NCBI GenBank assembly: GCA_963769935.1
Contig: CAVYNY010000020.1
Span: 416,001-480,000, forward strand
DNA: 64,000 nucleotides
Direction: 5' to 3'
From: an uncultured delta proteobacterium
GTDB taxonomy: Bacteria; Desulfobacterota; Desulfobacteria; Desulfobacterales; JAFDCJ01
Shown here: positions 31,020 through 40,409 of the stretch, piece after piece
Position numbering within the stretch: the first letter of the stretch is position 1
How the letters are laid out: each line of letters opens with the position of its first letter
Notes under the pieces: model-generated
What the model was told of the DNA's origin: nothing
Database searches by the model: none
The model's input: the letters and a program-made list of their open reading frames with translations, nothing else
Program-made: the position numbers and the translations under genes

Positions 31020-31519
31020 ATATTGCCTCCCCCATTGTTAGAGGTCTCTCAAACGACCAGGCATCGATTCCAACCGCAGCAGACTGGCTGGAGTTTATTG
31101 AGGTGAATTTAGTCTCATCACCATGTGATCATCTGTCAATAGGGGGAGCCACCTAATTTCACGGAGATTTACCCTGAAAGTGCGAGATTGATGAGGCGTA
31201 TGATGCAAAGACTCGCAGCAAGCCATTACCGACGGGGGAAGCTCTCCGCCTGGTGTGAACTCGGGAAACCGGTATGCCTAACGAAAAAGGAAGCAACGAT
31301 GCCCCCTAAATCACAAAATAGTTATCCAATGGAGTCGAGGCTGCTGTGCTTCCTTAGGTATATGGTAAAGCAACATGAGTTTGTGTCAAGATTCTCTAAA
31401 GCTATTTAAACGGAGTAGGCGCAAGACCATCGTTTACGGTGATTTTTTTGAAGAAGGCGGTGTTTTTCTCGGACCCGCCCTTTAGTGGGCGAAGCCTGAT
31501 TTTTTAAGCCACTATTATA

Positions 31520-31577
31520 TTGACAGGTGGATTTGGGCATGCTACAAATTAGCTAACTAACTATTTGATAGCTAATT
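31520..31577 (+). promoter_or_regulatory. sigma70 promoter with MarR-type operator
   Basis: TTGACA(31520)-N17-TACAAA; inverted repeat AATTAGCTA 31547-31555 / TAGCTAATT 31569-31577. Confidence 0.65.
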
Positions 31578-31592
31578 AACGGAGACCAGGAT

Positions 31593-32105
31593 ATGGTCGA
31601 TACGAAAGAGGACTCGCGCAAGCTTACGCTCGCGCACCTGCTGGCGCAGGTCTGCCGCCTGGTGGGCAGTCGCAGAAGAATGAAGCTGGAAAGCATCGGC
31701 CTTCACCACGCCCAGGGGTTGATCCTCTTTCAGCTCTGGCAGGAAGATGGAATTTCCCAGAGTGTGCTTGCACGGGCCTTGCATATTACGCCGCCGACGG
31801 CAACCAATACCTTGAAGCGCATGGAACGGGACGGCTGGGTCAAACGCCGCCGAGAGGAATCAGACCAGCGGATTGTCCGGGTCTATCTGACCGAGAAATC
31901 AAGAAGGCTCCGCGAAGAAGCCCGTGCATCTTTCAGAGAATTGGACGGTGAGATGACATCGCTGATGACCGAACAGGAATGCGAAGCACTCAGAGAAGCG
32001 CTTCTAAAGGTTCACCGCTACCTGGCCAAGCTGGCGGCCGCGGGGGCCGATCGATTTTGCTCCGCACAGGCAGGATCCCGCGAATGTGAGGAGAAATACC
32101 GGTGA
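31593..32105 (+). CDS. MarR-family transcriptional regulator
   Basis: LWQEDGISQSVLA..ITPPTATNTLKRMERDGWV.R...DQRIVRVYLT. Confidence 0.9.
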   Translation: MVDTKEDSRKLTLAHLLAQVCRLVGSRRRMKLESIGLHHAQGLILFQLWQEDGISQSVLARALHITPPTATNTLKRMERDGWVKRRREESDQRIVRVYLTEKSRRLREEARASFRELDGEMTSLMTEQECEALREALLKVHRYLAKLAAAGADRFCSAQAGSRECEEKYR

Positions 32106-33874
32106 AATCCCTCATGCGCCTTTATGTATATCTGCGGCCGTACCGGATTCAGGCTGCAGTCGCTCTGATTCTGCTCTTTGCCATGGTCGCGGCGGACTTG
32201 CTCATCCCGCATCTGACGCAGCGGATTATCGACCAGGGAATCGTGCCGCACAACCTGCATGTGGTTGTTACTACCGCCCTTGTCATGGTGGGCGCCGCGA
32301 TTTTTTCGGCCGGCCTGGCCGTTGCCAACAACTACCTGTCGGTAAACGTTGCCATGGGCTTCGGCGCTGACATCCGCAGCGCCATGATTCGCAAGGTCCA
32401 AAACTTTTCATTCGGAAACCTCGACAGACTCCGGACCGGCAATCTCATCGTCCGGTCGACGAGCGACGTCAATCTGGTGCAGATGATCGTGATGCTGTCG
32501 CTCCGTATCCTTACCCGGGCGCCGATCTGGGCCTGCGGTGCGATGGTCCTGCTAGTTCTCACCAACCGCCGCTTCGCCTATATAATGGCAGTGTTCGTGC
32601 CGCTGATCGTATTGCTGGTTTGGGTTTTCGCCTTCAAGGCCCGGCCGCTGTTCCTGCGGGTTCAGCAGCGACTCGACCGGCTGAACATCGTTTTGCAGGA
32701 GAACCTTGCCGGAATGCGCGTCGTCAAGGCATTCATCCGCACCGAGCACGAGGAAGCCCGTTTCGACGAAGCCAATCAAGCGTTGATGGACCGGACGATC
32801 CAGGTCGCCCGCCTCATGGCGATCTTTTCCCCCTTCATGCTGTTGATGGTTAACCTGGCGATCATCGCTGCGCTTTGGATCGGCGGTCGAACGGCGATGG
32901 CCGGCCAGATGTCGGCCGGCGAAGTTGTGGCAGCCATAAACTATCTTTCTTTTGCTCTTTTTCCGATCCTCTTGCTTACCGGAATGCTTGGTCCCATCTC
33001 GGCGGCGGATGCATCGGCCAGCCGGATTTTGGAGGTTCTCGACACCGAACCGCAAGTCCGTCAGATGCGATCGACATCAAAGCTCGTGGATCCCCAGGGA
33101 CGGATCGTCTTTGAGGGCGTTTACTTCAGCTATTCCGGCAACAGTGCCGAGCCGGTGCTGTCGGACGTTACCTTCACCGCCGAGCCTGGGGAGACGGTTG
33201 CCATCGTGGGTGCAACCGGTTCCGGAAAATCGACCCTGATTCATCTTATCCCGCGCTTTTACGACGTGACAGCCGGGCGGATCACCTTCGACGGAGTCGA
33301 CGTGAGGAATTTGGACCTCGGCTCTCTGAGAGGCGCTATCGGGATAGCCCTCCAGGAATCGGTACTTTTCAGCGGGAGCATACGCGACAACATCCGTTAC
33401 GGGCGAACGGCGGCCGGAGAAGAGGAAGTGACGGCGGCGGCAAGGGCGGCCCAGGCCGACGAGTTCATTGCCGAGCTTCCCGGGGGATATGATGCCGTGG
33501 TCGGCCAGCGGGGCGTGACGCTCTCCGGAGGGCAACGCCAACGAATCGCAATCGCACGGGCGCTGCTGGTCAAACCCAAAGTCCTTATCCTTGATGATTC
33601 GACCAGCGCTTTGGACATCGAGACCGAAGTTCGCCTGCAGGACGCCCTTGATCAGCTGATCGCCGGGTTGAAAAATGCCACGACCCGCTTCATCGTCGCT
33701 CAACGCATCAGCACGGTGCTTCTTGCCGACAGGATTATTGTTCTCGACCAGGGACGGATCAGCGCCATCGGCTCTCACCGGCAGCTGCTGGACACGAGTA
33801 CCGTGTATCGGGATATTTATTGCTCCCAGCTCGGGGAACCGGCTGCGGATATGGCAGGGCGTCATGACGGGTAG
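32102..33874 (+). CDS. ABC exporter, TMD+NBD, chain 1 of a heterodimer (degenerate site)
   Basis: GATGSGKS, LSGGQRQR, ILDDSTS (Asp replaces catalytic Glu), AQR instead of AHR. Confidence 0.92.
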   Translation: MKSLMRLYVYLRPYRIQAAVALILLFAMVAADLLIPHLTQRIIDQGIVPHNLHVVVTTALVMVGAAIFSAGLAVANNYLSVNVAMGFGADIRSAMIRKVQNFSFGNLDRLRTGNLIVRSTSDVNLVQMIVMLSLRILTRAPIWACGAMVLLVLTNRRFAYIMAVFVPLIVLLVWVFAFKARPLFLRVQQRLDRLNIVLQENLAGMRVVKAFIRTEHEEARFDEANQALMDRTIQVARLMAIFSPFMLLMVNLAIIAALWIGGRTAMAGQMSAGEVVAAINYLSFALFPILLLTGMLGPISAADASASRILEVLDTEPQVRQMRSTSKLVDPQGRIVFEGVYFSYSGNSAEPVLSDVTFTAEPGETVAIVGATGSGKSTLIHLIPRFYDVTAGRITFDGVDVRNLDLGSLRGAIGIALQESVLFSGSIRDNIRYGRTAAGEEEVTAAARAAQADEFIAELPGGYDAVVGQRGVTLSGGQRQRIAIARALLVKPKVLILDDSTSALDIETEVRLQDALDQLIAGLKNATTRFIVAQRISTVLLADRIIVLDQGRISAIGSHRQLLDTSTVYRDIYCSQLGEPAADMAGRHDG

Positions 33875-35708
33875 AGCAGCTCAAAAGCAACCACCTCCGC
33901 GCCTGACCGGATTGCAGGGGCCGGGCGGAAGAATCGGCGGCCCGGGGCAGACAATGGATCGGGCCAGGGACGCAAGGGGAGCGCTGCGCCGTCTGATGCA
34001 CTATCTGCGCCCGCATCAAAGCACCCTCGTCCTGGCCGTCCTGACAGCCGGTTTTGCAACCGCCCTTGCCATTGCCGGGCCTTACCTGATGGGACGCGCT
34101 ATCGACCAGCTTGTCGGCGGAAGCCTTGCCGCCCTCCTGCGGTTTACCCTCCTCATGGTGGGGGTATATGTGTTTTCAGCGATAGCACAGCTTGCCCAAG
34201 GTGTTCTGACCGTCGGTATCGCCCAGAAGGCCATGCGGGCGCTGCGGGCCGATCTCTTCAGCCATATACAGACGCTGTCCCTGCGGTTTTTCGATTCCCG
34301 ATCGCAAGGGGATCTGATGAGCCGGCTGACCAACGACATGGATGCGATCAGCCAGGTTCTAACCTATAACGCGGCCCAACTGTTCACCGGAATCCTGACC
34401 CTCGTCGGCATTCTGGCGATCATTTTTGTTCTCAGCCCCTGGCTGACCTTGAGCTCGATGATTGCCTTTCCTCTGATGATCGGCCTCGTAGGTATGGTGG
34501 GGCGAAAGACACGATCGGCATTCCGCAGCTACCAGGCGCGGTTGGGTGCGCTGAACGCAGTGCTTGAGGAGACTTACAGCGGACAGCGGGTCGTCCTCGC
34601 CTTCGGGCAGGAAGAGAGCGTTCTGAGCCGCTTCGACCAGGCGAATGATGCAGTCCGATCGGTCGGCGTGCACGCCATGTCCCTGGCGCTTCTCGTGATG
34701 CCGATGATGGGAATCCTGTCGAATTTAAACGTGGCCATTCTTTGCGGCATAGGGGGATGGCTGGCGATTCGGGGGATTGTGACAATCGGAACGATCGCTG
34801 CTTTCATCACTTACTCGCGGCGTTTCGCCGAGCCGCTGCGCCAGCTGAGCAACTTGTACAACCAGATCCAGGCTGCATTGGCCGGAGCGGAACGAATCTT
34901 CGAGATCCTGGACACCGCTCCGGATCAGACCGATCTTCCCATGGCGCTTGAGCTGCCCAGGGTAGCCGGAGAGGTGCAGCTCGAGCACGTCGCCTTTTCC
35001 TATGTGCCCGGCGTCCCCGTGCTGAAAGACGTCTCCATCCATGCCCATCCCGGAGAGCGGATCGCGCTGGTTGGACACACCGGCGCCGGGAAAACAACCC
35101 TGGTCAACCTGCTTTCCCGCTTCTATGATCTTGATGAAGGGACGATCCGGATCGATGGCGTCGACATTCGCGCGGTGTCGCGGGACAGTCTCAGGCGGCA
35201 GCTCGGAGTGGTCCTTCAGCAGTCGTTTCTTTTCAGCGAGTCTGTGACGGAGAACATCCGCTACGGCCGGCTCAACGCCACTGATGAGGAGGTTTTTGCG
35301 GCTGCCGGGCTCGCCCATGCGGACGGTTTTATCCGCCGGCTGCCCCAGGGCTACGATACAGTCCTTGCGGAGCGGGGTGCGAATCTCTCCGAAGGCCAGC
35401 GCCAACTCATAACAATCGCCCGGGCGATCCTGGCCGATCCGGCCATCCTCATCCTGGACGAGGCAACCAGCTCCGTCGACACCCGCACCGAGCTGCACAT
35501 TCAGAAAGCCCTCCAGGAACTGATGAAGGGACGCACCAGCTTCGTCATCGCACACCGGCTCTCTACCATCGCCAATGCCGATCAGCTGATCGTGATTGAC
35601 CAGGGCCGGGTGGTGGAACGGGGGAGCCACGCAGAGCTTCTGGCCCTGGGGGGCGTTTACTACCGCCTGTACACGAGTCAATTTCGGGATCGGACAACTG
35701 TGGAATGA
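33864..35708 (+). CDS. ABC exporter, TMD+NBD, chain 2 of a heterodimer
   Basis: GHTGAGKT, LSEGQRQ, ILDEATS, IAHRLST; ATG 33864 overlaps the chain 1 end. Confidence 0.92.
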   Translation: MTGRAAQKQPPPRLTGLQGPGGRIGGPGQTMDRARDARGALRRLMHYLRPHQSTLVLAVLTAGFATALAIAGPYLMGRAIDQLVGGSLAALLRFTLLMVGVYVFSAIAQLAQGVLTVGIAQKAMRALRADLFSHIQTLSLRFFDSRSQGDLMSRLTNDMDAISQVLTYNAAQLFTGILTLVGILAIIFVLSPWLTLSSMIAFPLMIGLVGMVGRKTRSAFRSYQARLGALNAVLEETYSGQRVVLAFGQEESVLSRFDQANDAVRSVGVHAMSLALLVMPMMGILSNLNVAILCGIGGWLAIRGIVTIGTIAAFITYSRRFAEPLRQLSNLYNQIQAALAGAERIFEILDTAPDQTDLPMALELPRVAGEVQLEHVAFSYVPGVPVLKDVSIHAHPGERIALVGHTGAGKTTLVNLLSRFYDLDEGTIRIDGVDIRAVSRDSLRRQLGVVLQQSFLFSESVTENIRYGRLNATDEEVFAAAGLAHADGFIRRLPQGYDTVLAERGANLSEGQRQLITIARAILADPAILILDEATSSVDTRTELHIQKALQELMKGRTSFVIAHRLSTIANADQLIVIDQGRVVERGSHAELLALGGVYYRLYTSQFRDRTTVE

Positions 35709-35803
35709 ACCCCTAAAACTGCACAGATCACAGCAATGTGATCAGAGTGTTTTGACCAGGCTCCGGGGTTAATTCAAGCATCAATTCAAATTCGCAAGGA
35801 GGA

Positions 35804-35908
35804 CGGTAACCAATAGCGGAATGCAGCGGCCTTAATTCAATTCAATCTTGCAAGGCCATTTCGTAAAACCACCGTTTTCATGCCGTCTGCTCGACTGGTT
35901 TGTGCGGT
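35804..35908 (-). other. Degenerate attC-like site downstream of rsgA
   Basis: Minus strand ACCGCAC-AAACC-AGTCGAGCAGACGGC...GCCGCTGC...GTTACCG. Confidence 0.4.
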
Positions 35909-35915
35909 GCTCATT

Positions 35916-36974
35916 TCAGTCCTTCATCTGCTTTTTTGCGGATTTGATGAAGCGTCCGAATGCTCTGTCCTTCTTCCGTTTGTCCAGGTACGACAGCTCA
36001 TGGAACTCCGACTCCTTCTTTAGCTTCAGGTAGCTGGAATAGCGATCCTCATTCAATACACCGCTTTTGACTGCAGCTCGGACTGCACAGCCGGGCTCCT
36101 GTTCATGGCAACAGTTTGCATAGCGACAATTTAAGGAAAGGTCGACAATATCTTCAAATTCTTGGTTGACCCCGTCGCTCACACCTAGAAGGCCTAGTTC
36201 TCGCATTCCGGGCGTATCAATCAACATGGAGCCTTGATCAAGAACGATAAGCTGGCGGCGTGCAGTGGTATGTCTTCCTTCTCCCGTTCCACTAACGGCC
36301 TTTGTGTCAAAGGCGTCCTGTCCTATCAGGCGATTGATGAGAGTTGTCTTGCCGACCCCCGATGAGCCGAGCAGGCAATATGTTTTTCCCGAGACTATCG
36401 CCTGTTGAAATTCGTCAAATCCGATGCCCGTGATATTGCTGAGGGCAAGTACCCTGGCGGTGATCGCGGCTGACTTTATGGCTGCAAGTTTCTGTTCCAG
36501 TTCTTCGGGAGTGTTCAAGTCCGTTTTGGTAAGAACAACAATCGGCTCAACCCCCCCGTCTACTGCCATTACCAGGTACCGATCCATCCTCCGCACATTG
36601 AAGTCAACGTGGCACGACTGGACAATGAAGGCGACGTCGATGTTGGCCGCAATCATCTGGAAATCCACTTTTTCACCGGCAGATTTGCGGCGCAGAAAGG
36701 TCTTTCTCGGAAATACTCCATGGATAATTGCTGCAGAATCGTCGTTGTGGTATGCCACGGTTACCCAATCACCGACACACGGCAGGTCAACCGAGGATTC
36801 AACCTGGAAATAGAACTTCCCAGCGAGTTCAGCCGGGACTTCCCTGATTTGATTTCTGATGAGGTAAGAGCCGCGGTCAACTGCCGATATGCGCGCTATA
36901 CTGCGGCCCTCTTGACGCAAGTCGCTGACTTGTACCTCAAACCATTTGTCGAAACCGAGATCACTCAATTTCAA
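35916..36974 (-). CDS. rsgA: Ribosome small subunit-dependent GTPase A
   Basis: LTKTD, GSSGVGKT, GRHTT, DTPGMRE, CRYANCCHEQEPGC. Confidence 0.93.
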   Translation of the reverse strand: MKLSDLGFDKWFEVQVSDLRQEGRSIARISAVDRGSYLIRNQIREVPAELAGKFYFQVESSVDLPCVGDWVTVAYHNDDSAAIIHGVFPRKTFLRRKSAGEKVDFQMIAANIDVAFIVQSCHVDFNVRRMDRYLVMAVDGGVEPIVVLTKTDLNTPEELEQKLAAIKSAAITARVLALSNITGIGFDEFQQAIVSGKTYCLLGSSGVGKTTLINRLIGQDAFDTKAVSGTGEGRHTTARRQLIVLDQGSMLIDTPGMRELGLLGVSDGVNQEFEDIVDLSLNCRYANCCHEQEPGCAVRAAVKSGVLNEDRYSSYLKLKKESEFHELSYLDKRKKDRAFGRFIKSAKKQMKD

Positions 36975-37291
36975 AAACCAACCTTATCTGACTCCCCACC
37001 ATTAGGTGGTTCGGCATCGGCCATTTTAACCCGTCAGTTGGAGTCTAAGTAAGTCTTGCATGAGTTTAAAATGGCTTCATCCCAAACTCAAGTCAACCAT
37101 CAACGTCGGTGCCCACACCTTTGACTGCGGCGTGTGGTAATGTCTGCGCGATCCGTAAGCATGACATCTCCAATGTATTTTAATTACGGTTTCGACTGTG
37201 CAGTTAGCCCGCAGGTGTCAGGCCGCACTTCGCGGCGCTCAGCTCGTCGAGCGCTTTTCCCGGTCGGTGCGGAAAGCCGGTGGATAGATAG

Positions 37292-37702
37292 CTATGTCTT
37301 ACGAGTGCCGGACTTCAACGCATGCGCGCCGCTGCCGAGCAGCGCGAGCGTGAAGCAGGCAACTGCCCAAAACACCGGATATTCATACCCGCCGCCTTTC
37401 GCAGTAAAGAGCCATCCATGAGTGCCATGACCCAGGTAGGCTGCAAACAGCAAGTGCACTCCGAGCAAGACCGCGACCCATCGAGCGTAGACACCCAGGA
37501 TGAGCGCGAGCCCGCCGATGGTTTCGTACAGCATGACCACCCAAGCGAACCAGTCTGGCAAACCCAGTGAGACGAAATATTTTCCGGTGCCCGCCATCCC
37601 GAACACGAAGGCCTTGAGATACAGGCCGTGCAGAATGAACAGCAGACCCATGCTCACGCGCAGCAGCAACGCCCCATAGGGGGCCAATTTATGGTCGATC
37701 AT
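37292..37702 (-). CDS. DoxX-family membrane protein
   Basis: LLLRVSMG.LFILHG, E..GGLALILG, GGGYEYP. Confidence 0.9.
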   Translation of the reverse strand: MIDHKLAPYGALLLRVSMGLLFILHGLYLKAFVFGMAGTGKYFVSLGLPDWFAWVVMLYETIGGLALILGVYARWVAVLLGVHLLFAAYLGHGTHGWLFTAKGGGYEYPVFWAVACFTLALLGSGAHALKSGTRKT

Positions 37703-37830
37703 GTTTTCCTCCTTTCAGTTAGAGCGCAGCTTTTCTATCGTGCCAGCGATGCGATGTTCCTATTTGTTGGTTGGCATTCGCTGAGATTGCCGGCCTCTTC
37801 ATTGTGGCGGGCCCTGAGCGCGCTAGCGAC

Positions 37831-37912
37831 CCGGCCATCTGACTTTCACGTCTGCATGAACCTTTACGCAAAACCGCATGCTATATCCGGTCAGGTTCAG
37901 CGATTTGGCCTA
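37831..37912 (-). other. Truncated attC-like site overlapping the vapC 3' end
   Basis: Minus strand CGCTGAACCTGACCGG...GCGTAAAGG..GAAAGT..TGGCC aligns with the 38620-38725 site; distal arm missing. Confidence 0.6.
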
Positions 37913-38321
37913 TGTATTCAGTACGAAGACCCGTATTCATGGCGGCCGTAAATTGCCTTCGGTCTGAGGTTGCAAAGAGATCAGCCTGCCATTCAAGAGC
38001 ACACGCAACATGAAGGGCGTCCAATGCGCGCAAAACATTGCTCTCCAATAGCTTTACCGAACGGGAGACGACGGCAGGTGTGATCTGTAAAACAGTTGCG
38101 TCACGTACATCATCCAACAATTGTTTCTTAACCGCCCGATAGTCCGCGATGGTCAAGACCCGTTCTCTCAGACGACGGTTGAGTCCAGAAACGATCTCGG
38201 GTACCAGAATGACGCAAAAAGCCAACTCGGAGGCGTTCTCCAAAAGACGATCCAGTTTGTCGCTGCCAACTTCTTGGACATACCTTTTGGCAAAGGATGA
38301 TGAATCGACTGTCAGTTTCAT
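37881..38321 (-). CDS. vapC: PIN-domain toxin
   Basis: VDSSSFAKRYVQE.GS, EIVS, LRALDALHVACA, TSDRRQ. Confidence 0.9.
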   Translation of the reverse strand: MKLTVDSSSFAKRYVQEVGSDKLDRLLENASELAFCVILVPEIVSGLNRRLRERVLTIADYRAVKKQLLDDVRDATVLQITPAVVSRSVKLLESNVLRALDALHVACALEWQADLFATSDRRQFTAAMNTGLRTEYIGQIAEPDRI

Positions 38322-38551
38322 GTGGCCGTCTCACGCTCTTCCAAAATAGCAGATGATAAGTCGCTTCCTTTAGTGCGTAAGCGGATTCCGGGTTGTTTCC
38401 ATGCGGGGAGTCTTTGAACACTGTCGGAAAATGGAACTATTTCAGCTACAGGTTTCCCCCGACGGAGAAGGACAAGCGTCTCACCGTGTTCAACTTCGGT
38501 TATGAAACCGGAAGCCCTTTTACGGAAATCGGTGAAAGAAATTGTTTTCAT
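38318..38551 (-). CDS. Phd/YefM-family antitoxin
   Basis: MKTISFTDFRK..S..I.EVE.GE...RRGKPVAEIVP; ATGA overlap with vapC; GGAGG RBS. Confidence 0.9.
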   Translation of the reverse strand: MKTISFTDFRKRASGFITEVEHGETLVLLRRGKPVAEIVPFSDSVQRLPAWKQPGIRLRTKGSDLSSAILEERETAT

Positions 38552-38568
38552 TGCCGTACCTCCATAAG

Positions 38569-38607
38569 TGTACATTCAACTGTACATCATAGGGGGTGTT
38601 TTGTCAA
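38569..38607 (-). promoter_or_regulatory. Promoter/operator of the phd-vapC cassette
   Basis: TTGACA-N17-TACAGT on the minus strand; two TGTACA palindromes at 38569-38574 and 38581-38586. Confidence 0.7.
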
Positions 38608-38619
38608 GGTTGGTAATGG

Positions 38620-38725
38620 GATCAACGTCTTGAGCTAACCTGCGGGCCACCCAACTTTCGAGCTTGCCCAGACTCTTACGTAAAGTCGCATATTTTTCCC
38701 GGTCAGGTCAGTGACTGGGTTAGGC
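38620..38725 (-). other. attC site (best preserved)
   Basis: Minus strand GCCTAAC (RYYYAAC)...CTGACCTGACCGGG...CCCGCAGGTTAG...GTTGATC. Confidence 0.75.
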
Positions 38726-38822
38726 AACGATGCCATATTCTTCCATTAGCCGATGTGAGTCTTAAGGCGCTCCTAATATTGCTTTTGATTTGAAATTATT
38801 TTTTCTCCCTCACTTGCTTAGA

Positions 38823-39224
38823 TCAGATTTGTTCTTTGGTGACCGCTGTCAAATTCATTGTTAGCAGGACACCAGGTTTTGGGAGTTCCTTAACTCCAAA
38901 TACAGTTCGAGCAGGTCGGTGTTCCCCCATCCTCCCGACATATGCGAGGTTCATATTTTCAAAATCTTGCATATCTTTGAGGAACACATTGACATGGATA
39001 ATGTGATCCAAATTAGACCCTACAGATTCAAGCATGACCTTGAAAGAGTCAAGAATTTGCTTTGTCTGCGAGGTAACGTCCGGGCCAGCAAGCTCACCGG
39101 TTGTAGGATTAACTCCGGCTGTGCCGCCGATGGTGATGAATTGGCCTACCTTAGCAATATGATTGTATGGGCCAATAGGGCGAGGAGTGTTTGCCGGTGT
39201 GAAAGTTTCTACTCTAGATAGCAT
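38823..39224 (-). CDS. RidA/YjgF-family protein
   Basis: PRPIGPY, QTKQILD, NVFLKDMQDF..MN..Y, PARTV; GGAGG RBS before ATG 39224. Confidence 0.88.
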   Translation of the reverse strand: MLSRVETFTPANTPRPIGPYNHIAKVGQFITIGGTAGVNPTTGELAGPDVTSQTKQILDSFKVMLESVGSNLDHIIHVNVFLKDMQDFENMNLAYVGRMGEHRPARTVFGVKELPKPGVLLTMNLTAVTKEQI

Positions 39225-39274
39225 TTTGCCTCCCAATTGGATTGTTGAATATACCCTTAAATTTTGTATGATAT

Positions 39275-39336
39275 ATTGTCCGTTGCTAATATCAACCGCG
39301 CGGCTTTTCGGCGTCGACTGAATTAGCTGGTTATCC
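39275..39336 (-). other. attC-like site with degenerate R' box
   Basis: Minus strand GGATAAC-CAGC-TAATTCAGTCGACGCCGAAAAGCCGCGCGGTTGATATTAG-CAAC-GGAC; similar to 40019-40076. Confidence 0.7.
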
Positions 39337-39354
39337 ATAAATGCTAAAATGTAT

Positions 39355-39390
39355 TTGACAAAACCACCCATGGTGTGTATAAATACACAC
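39355..39390 (+). promoter_or_regulatory. hicAB promoter and operator
   Basis: TTGACA-N17-TATAAA; inverted repeat GTGTGTAT-AA-ATACACAC 39373-39390 immediately before the ATG. Confidence 0.75.
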
Positions 39391-39579
39391 ATGAATAGCC
39401 GGACGATTATCAAAATGCTCGAAAAGGATGGTTGGTATAAAGCCGATCAATCCGGCTCGCACATTCAGTTCCGGCATTCATCGAAAAAAGGTCGGGTTAC
39501 AGTTCCGCACCCCAAAAAAGATATACCAATTGGCACACTTAAAAGCATCGAACGCCAATCAGGAATTAAGTTCAAATAG
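39391..39579 (+). CDS. hicA: HicA toxin (mRNA interferase)
   Basis: LEKDGW...GSHIQFRH..KKGRVTVPHPKKDIPIGTLKSI. Confidence 0.92.
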   Translation: MNSRTIIKMLEKDGWYKADQSGSHIQFRHSSKKGRVTVPHPKKDIPIGTLKSIERQSGIKFK

Positions 39580-40005
39580 GTGATTAACATGGCTAATTAT
39601 ATTGCTGTCGTCCATAAAGATCCAAAGAGTGATTTCGGCGTATCCTTTCCGGATTTTCCGGGATGTGTAACCGCAGGTAGCACAATTGATGAGGCCAAGG
39701 ATATGGCCCATGATGCTCTTTCTCTGCATTTAAAAGGTATGCTGGAAGACGGTGAGAATATTCTAGCTCCTTCAAAGCTTGAAGACATCATGGATGATCC
39801 AGACTATTCGGATGCCATTGCAATTCTCGTAGTTTCAGTATCTGAATCAAAACCTCGATCGGTACGCGTAAATATAACTGTACCGGAAGATATGCTTCGT
39901 AAAATCGACAATGTTGCTAAAAAACGAGGTATGTCACGATCATCCTTTTTGGTTCATGCCGCTCAAAACGCTATTTCCGCCAGTCAGGACAGCCATTCAC
40001 TATAA
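39580..40005 (+). CDS. hicB: HicB antitoxin with C-terminal ribbon-helix-helix
   Basis: FGVSFPDFPGCVTAG.T.DEA; RVNITVPE..L.KID..A..RGMSRS; start may be ATG 39589. Confidence 0.92.
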   Translation: MINMANYIAVVHKDPKSDFGVSFPDFPGCVTAGSTIDEAKDMAHDALSLHLKGMLEDGENILAPSKLEDIMDDPDYSDAIAILVVSVSESKPRSVRVNITVPEDMLRKIDNVAKKRGMSRSSFLVHAAQNAISASQDSHSL

Positions 40006-40018
40006 AATTTTCCTGCCA

Positions 40019-40076
40019 GGATCCTGAATCTAATCAGCCGCGACTTTTTGCGTCGGCTGAATTAGCCTTGTTCGGC
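40019..40076 (-). other. attC-like site with degenerate R' box
   Basis: Minus strand GCCGAAC-AAGGC-TAATTCAGCCGACGCAAAAAGTCGCGGCTGATTAG-ATTC; extra bases lie on the left arm. Confidence 0.7.
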
Positions 40077-40125
40077 GCCTTCAAATTTTATGTACTACAT
40101 TCTTTGAATATCAACCGGGGAACTT

Positions 40126-40400
40126 TTAAGCTGTTGCTTCACGGATTGGTCTAACTCGTTCAATTTTTTTCATTCGTTTCGGCGAATGTAATGCGGTCCA
40201 TAAATCATTTCGTTGCTGTAAATTGAGCCAGAAATTCGGAGTATTGCCGGATAGTTTTGCCAAATGATTGCTGGGTGGACTTCTCAGATCAGCATCATTC
40301 GTTGCATCATCCATCAGTTGTAACTTCCTAAACAATCGTGAACGAATGTCAACGGTGATAACTTTTTGACTGAATGTCCTCTACGAAAAAGTTTCGCATT
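40126..40400 (-). pseudogene. higB/higA remnant fused by an internal deletion
   Basis: HigB-like [11 protein letters not shown]/frameshift/[25 protein letters not shown] joined to HigA-like GNTPNFWLNLQQRNDLW. Confidence 0.75.
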
Positions 40401-40409
40401 CAATTATAC

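Noticed and set aside
37095..37291. Possible additional attC between doxX and rsgA
   Set aside because: GC-rich partial hairpins are present, but I could not pair convincing R and L boxes
38823..39413. 196-aa extended RidA ORF
   Set aside because: The extension crosses an attC-like site and the hicAB promoter; ATG 39224 has the RBS
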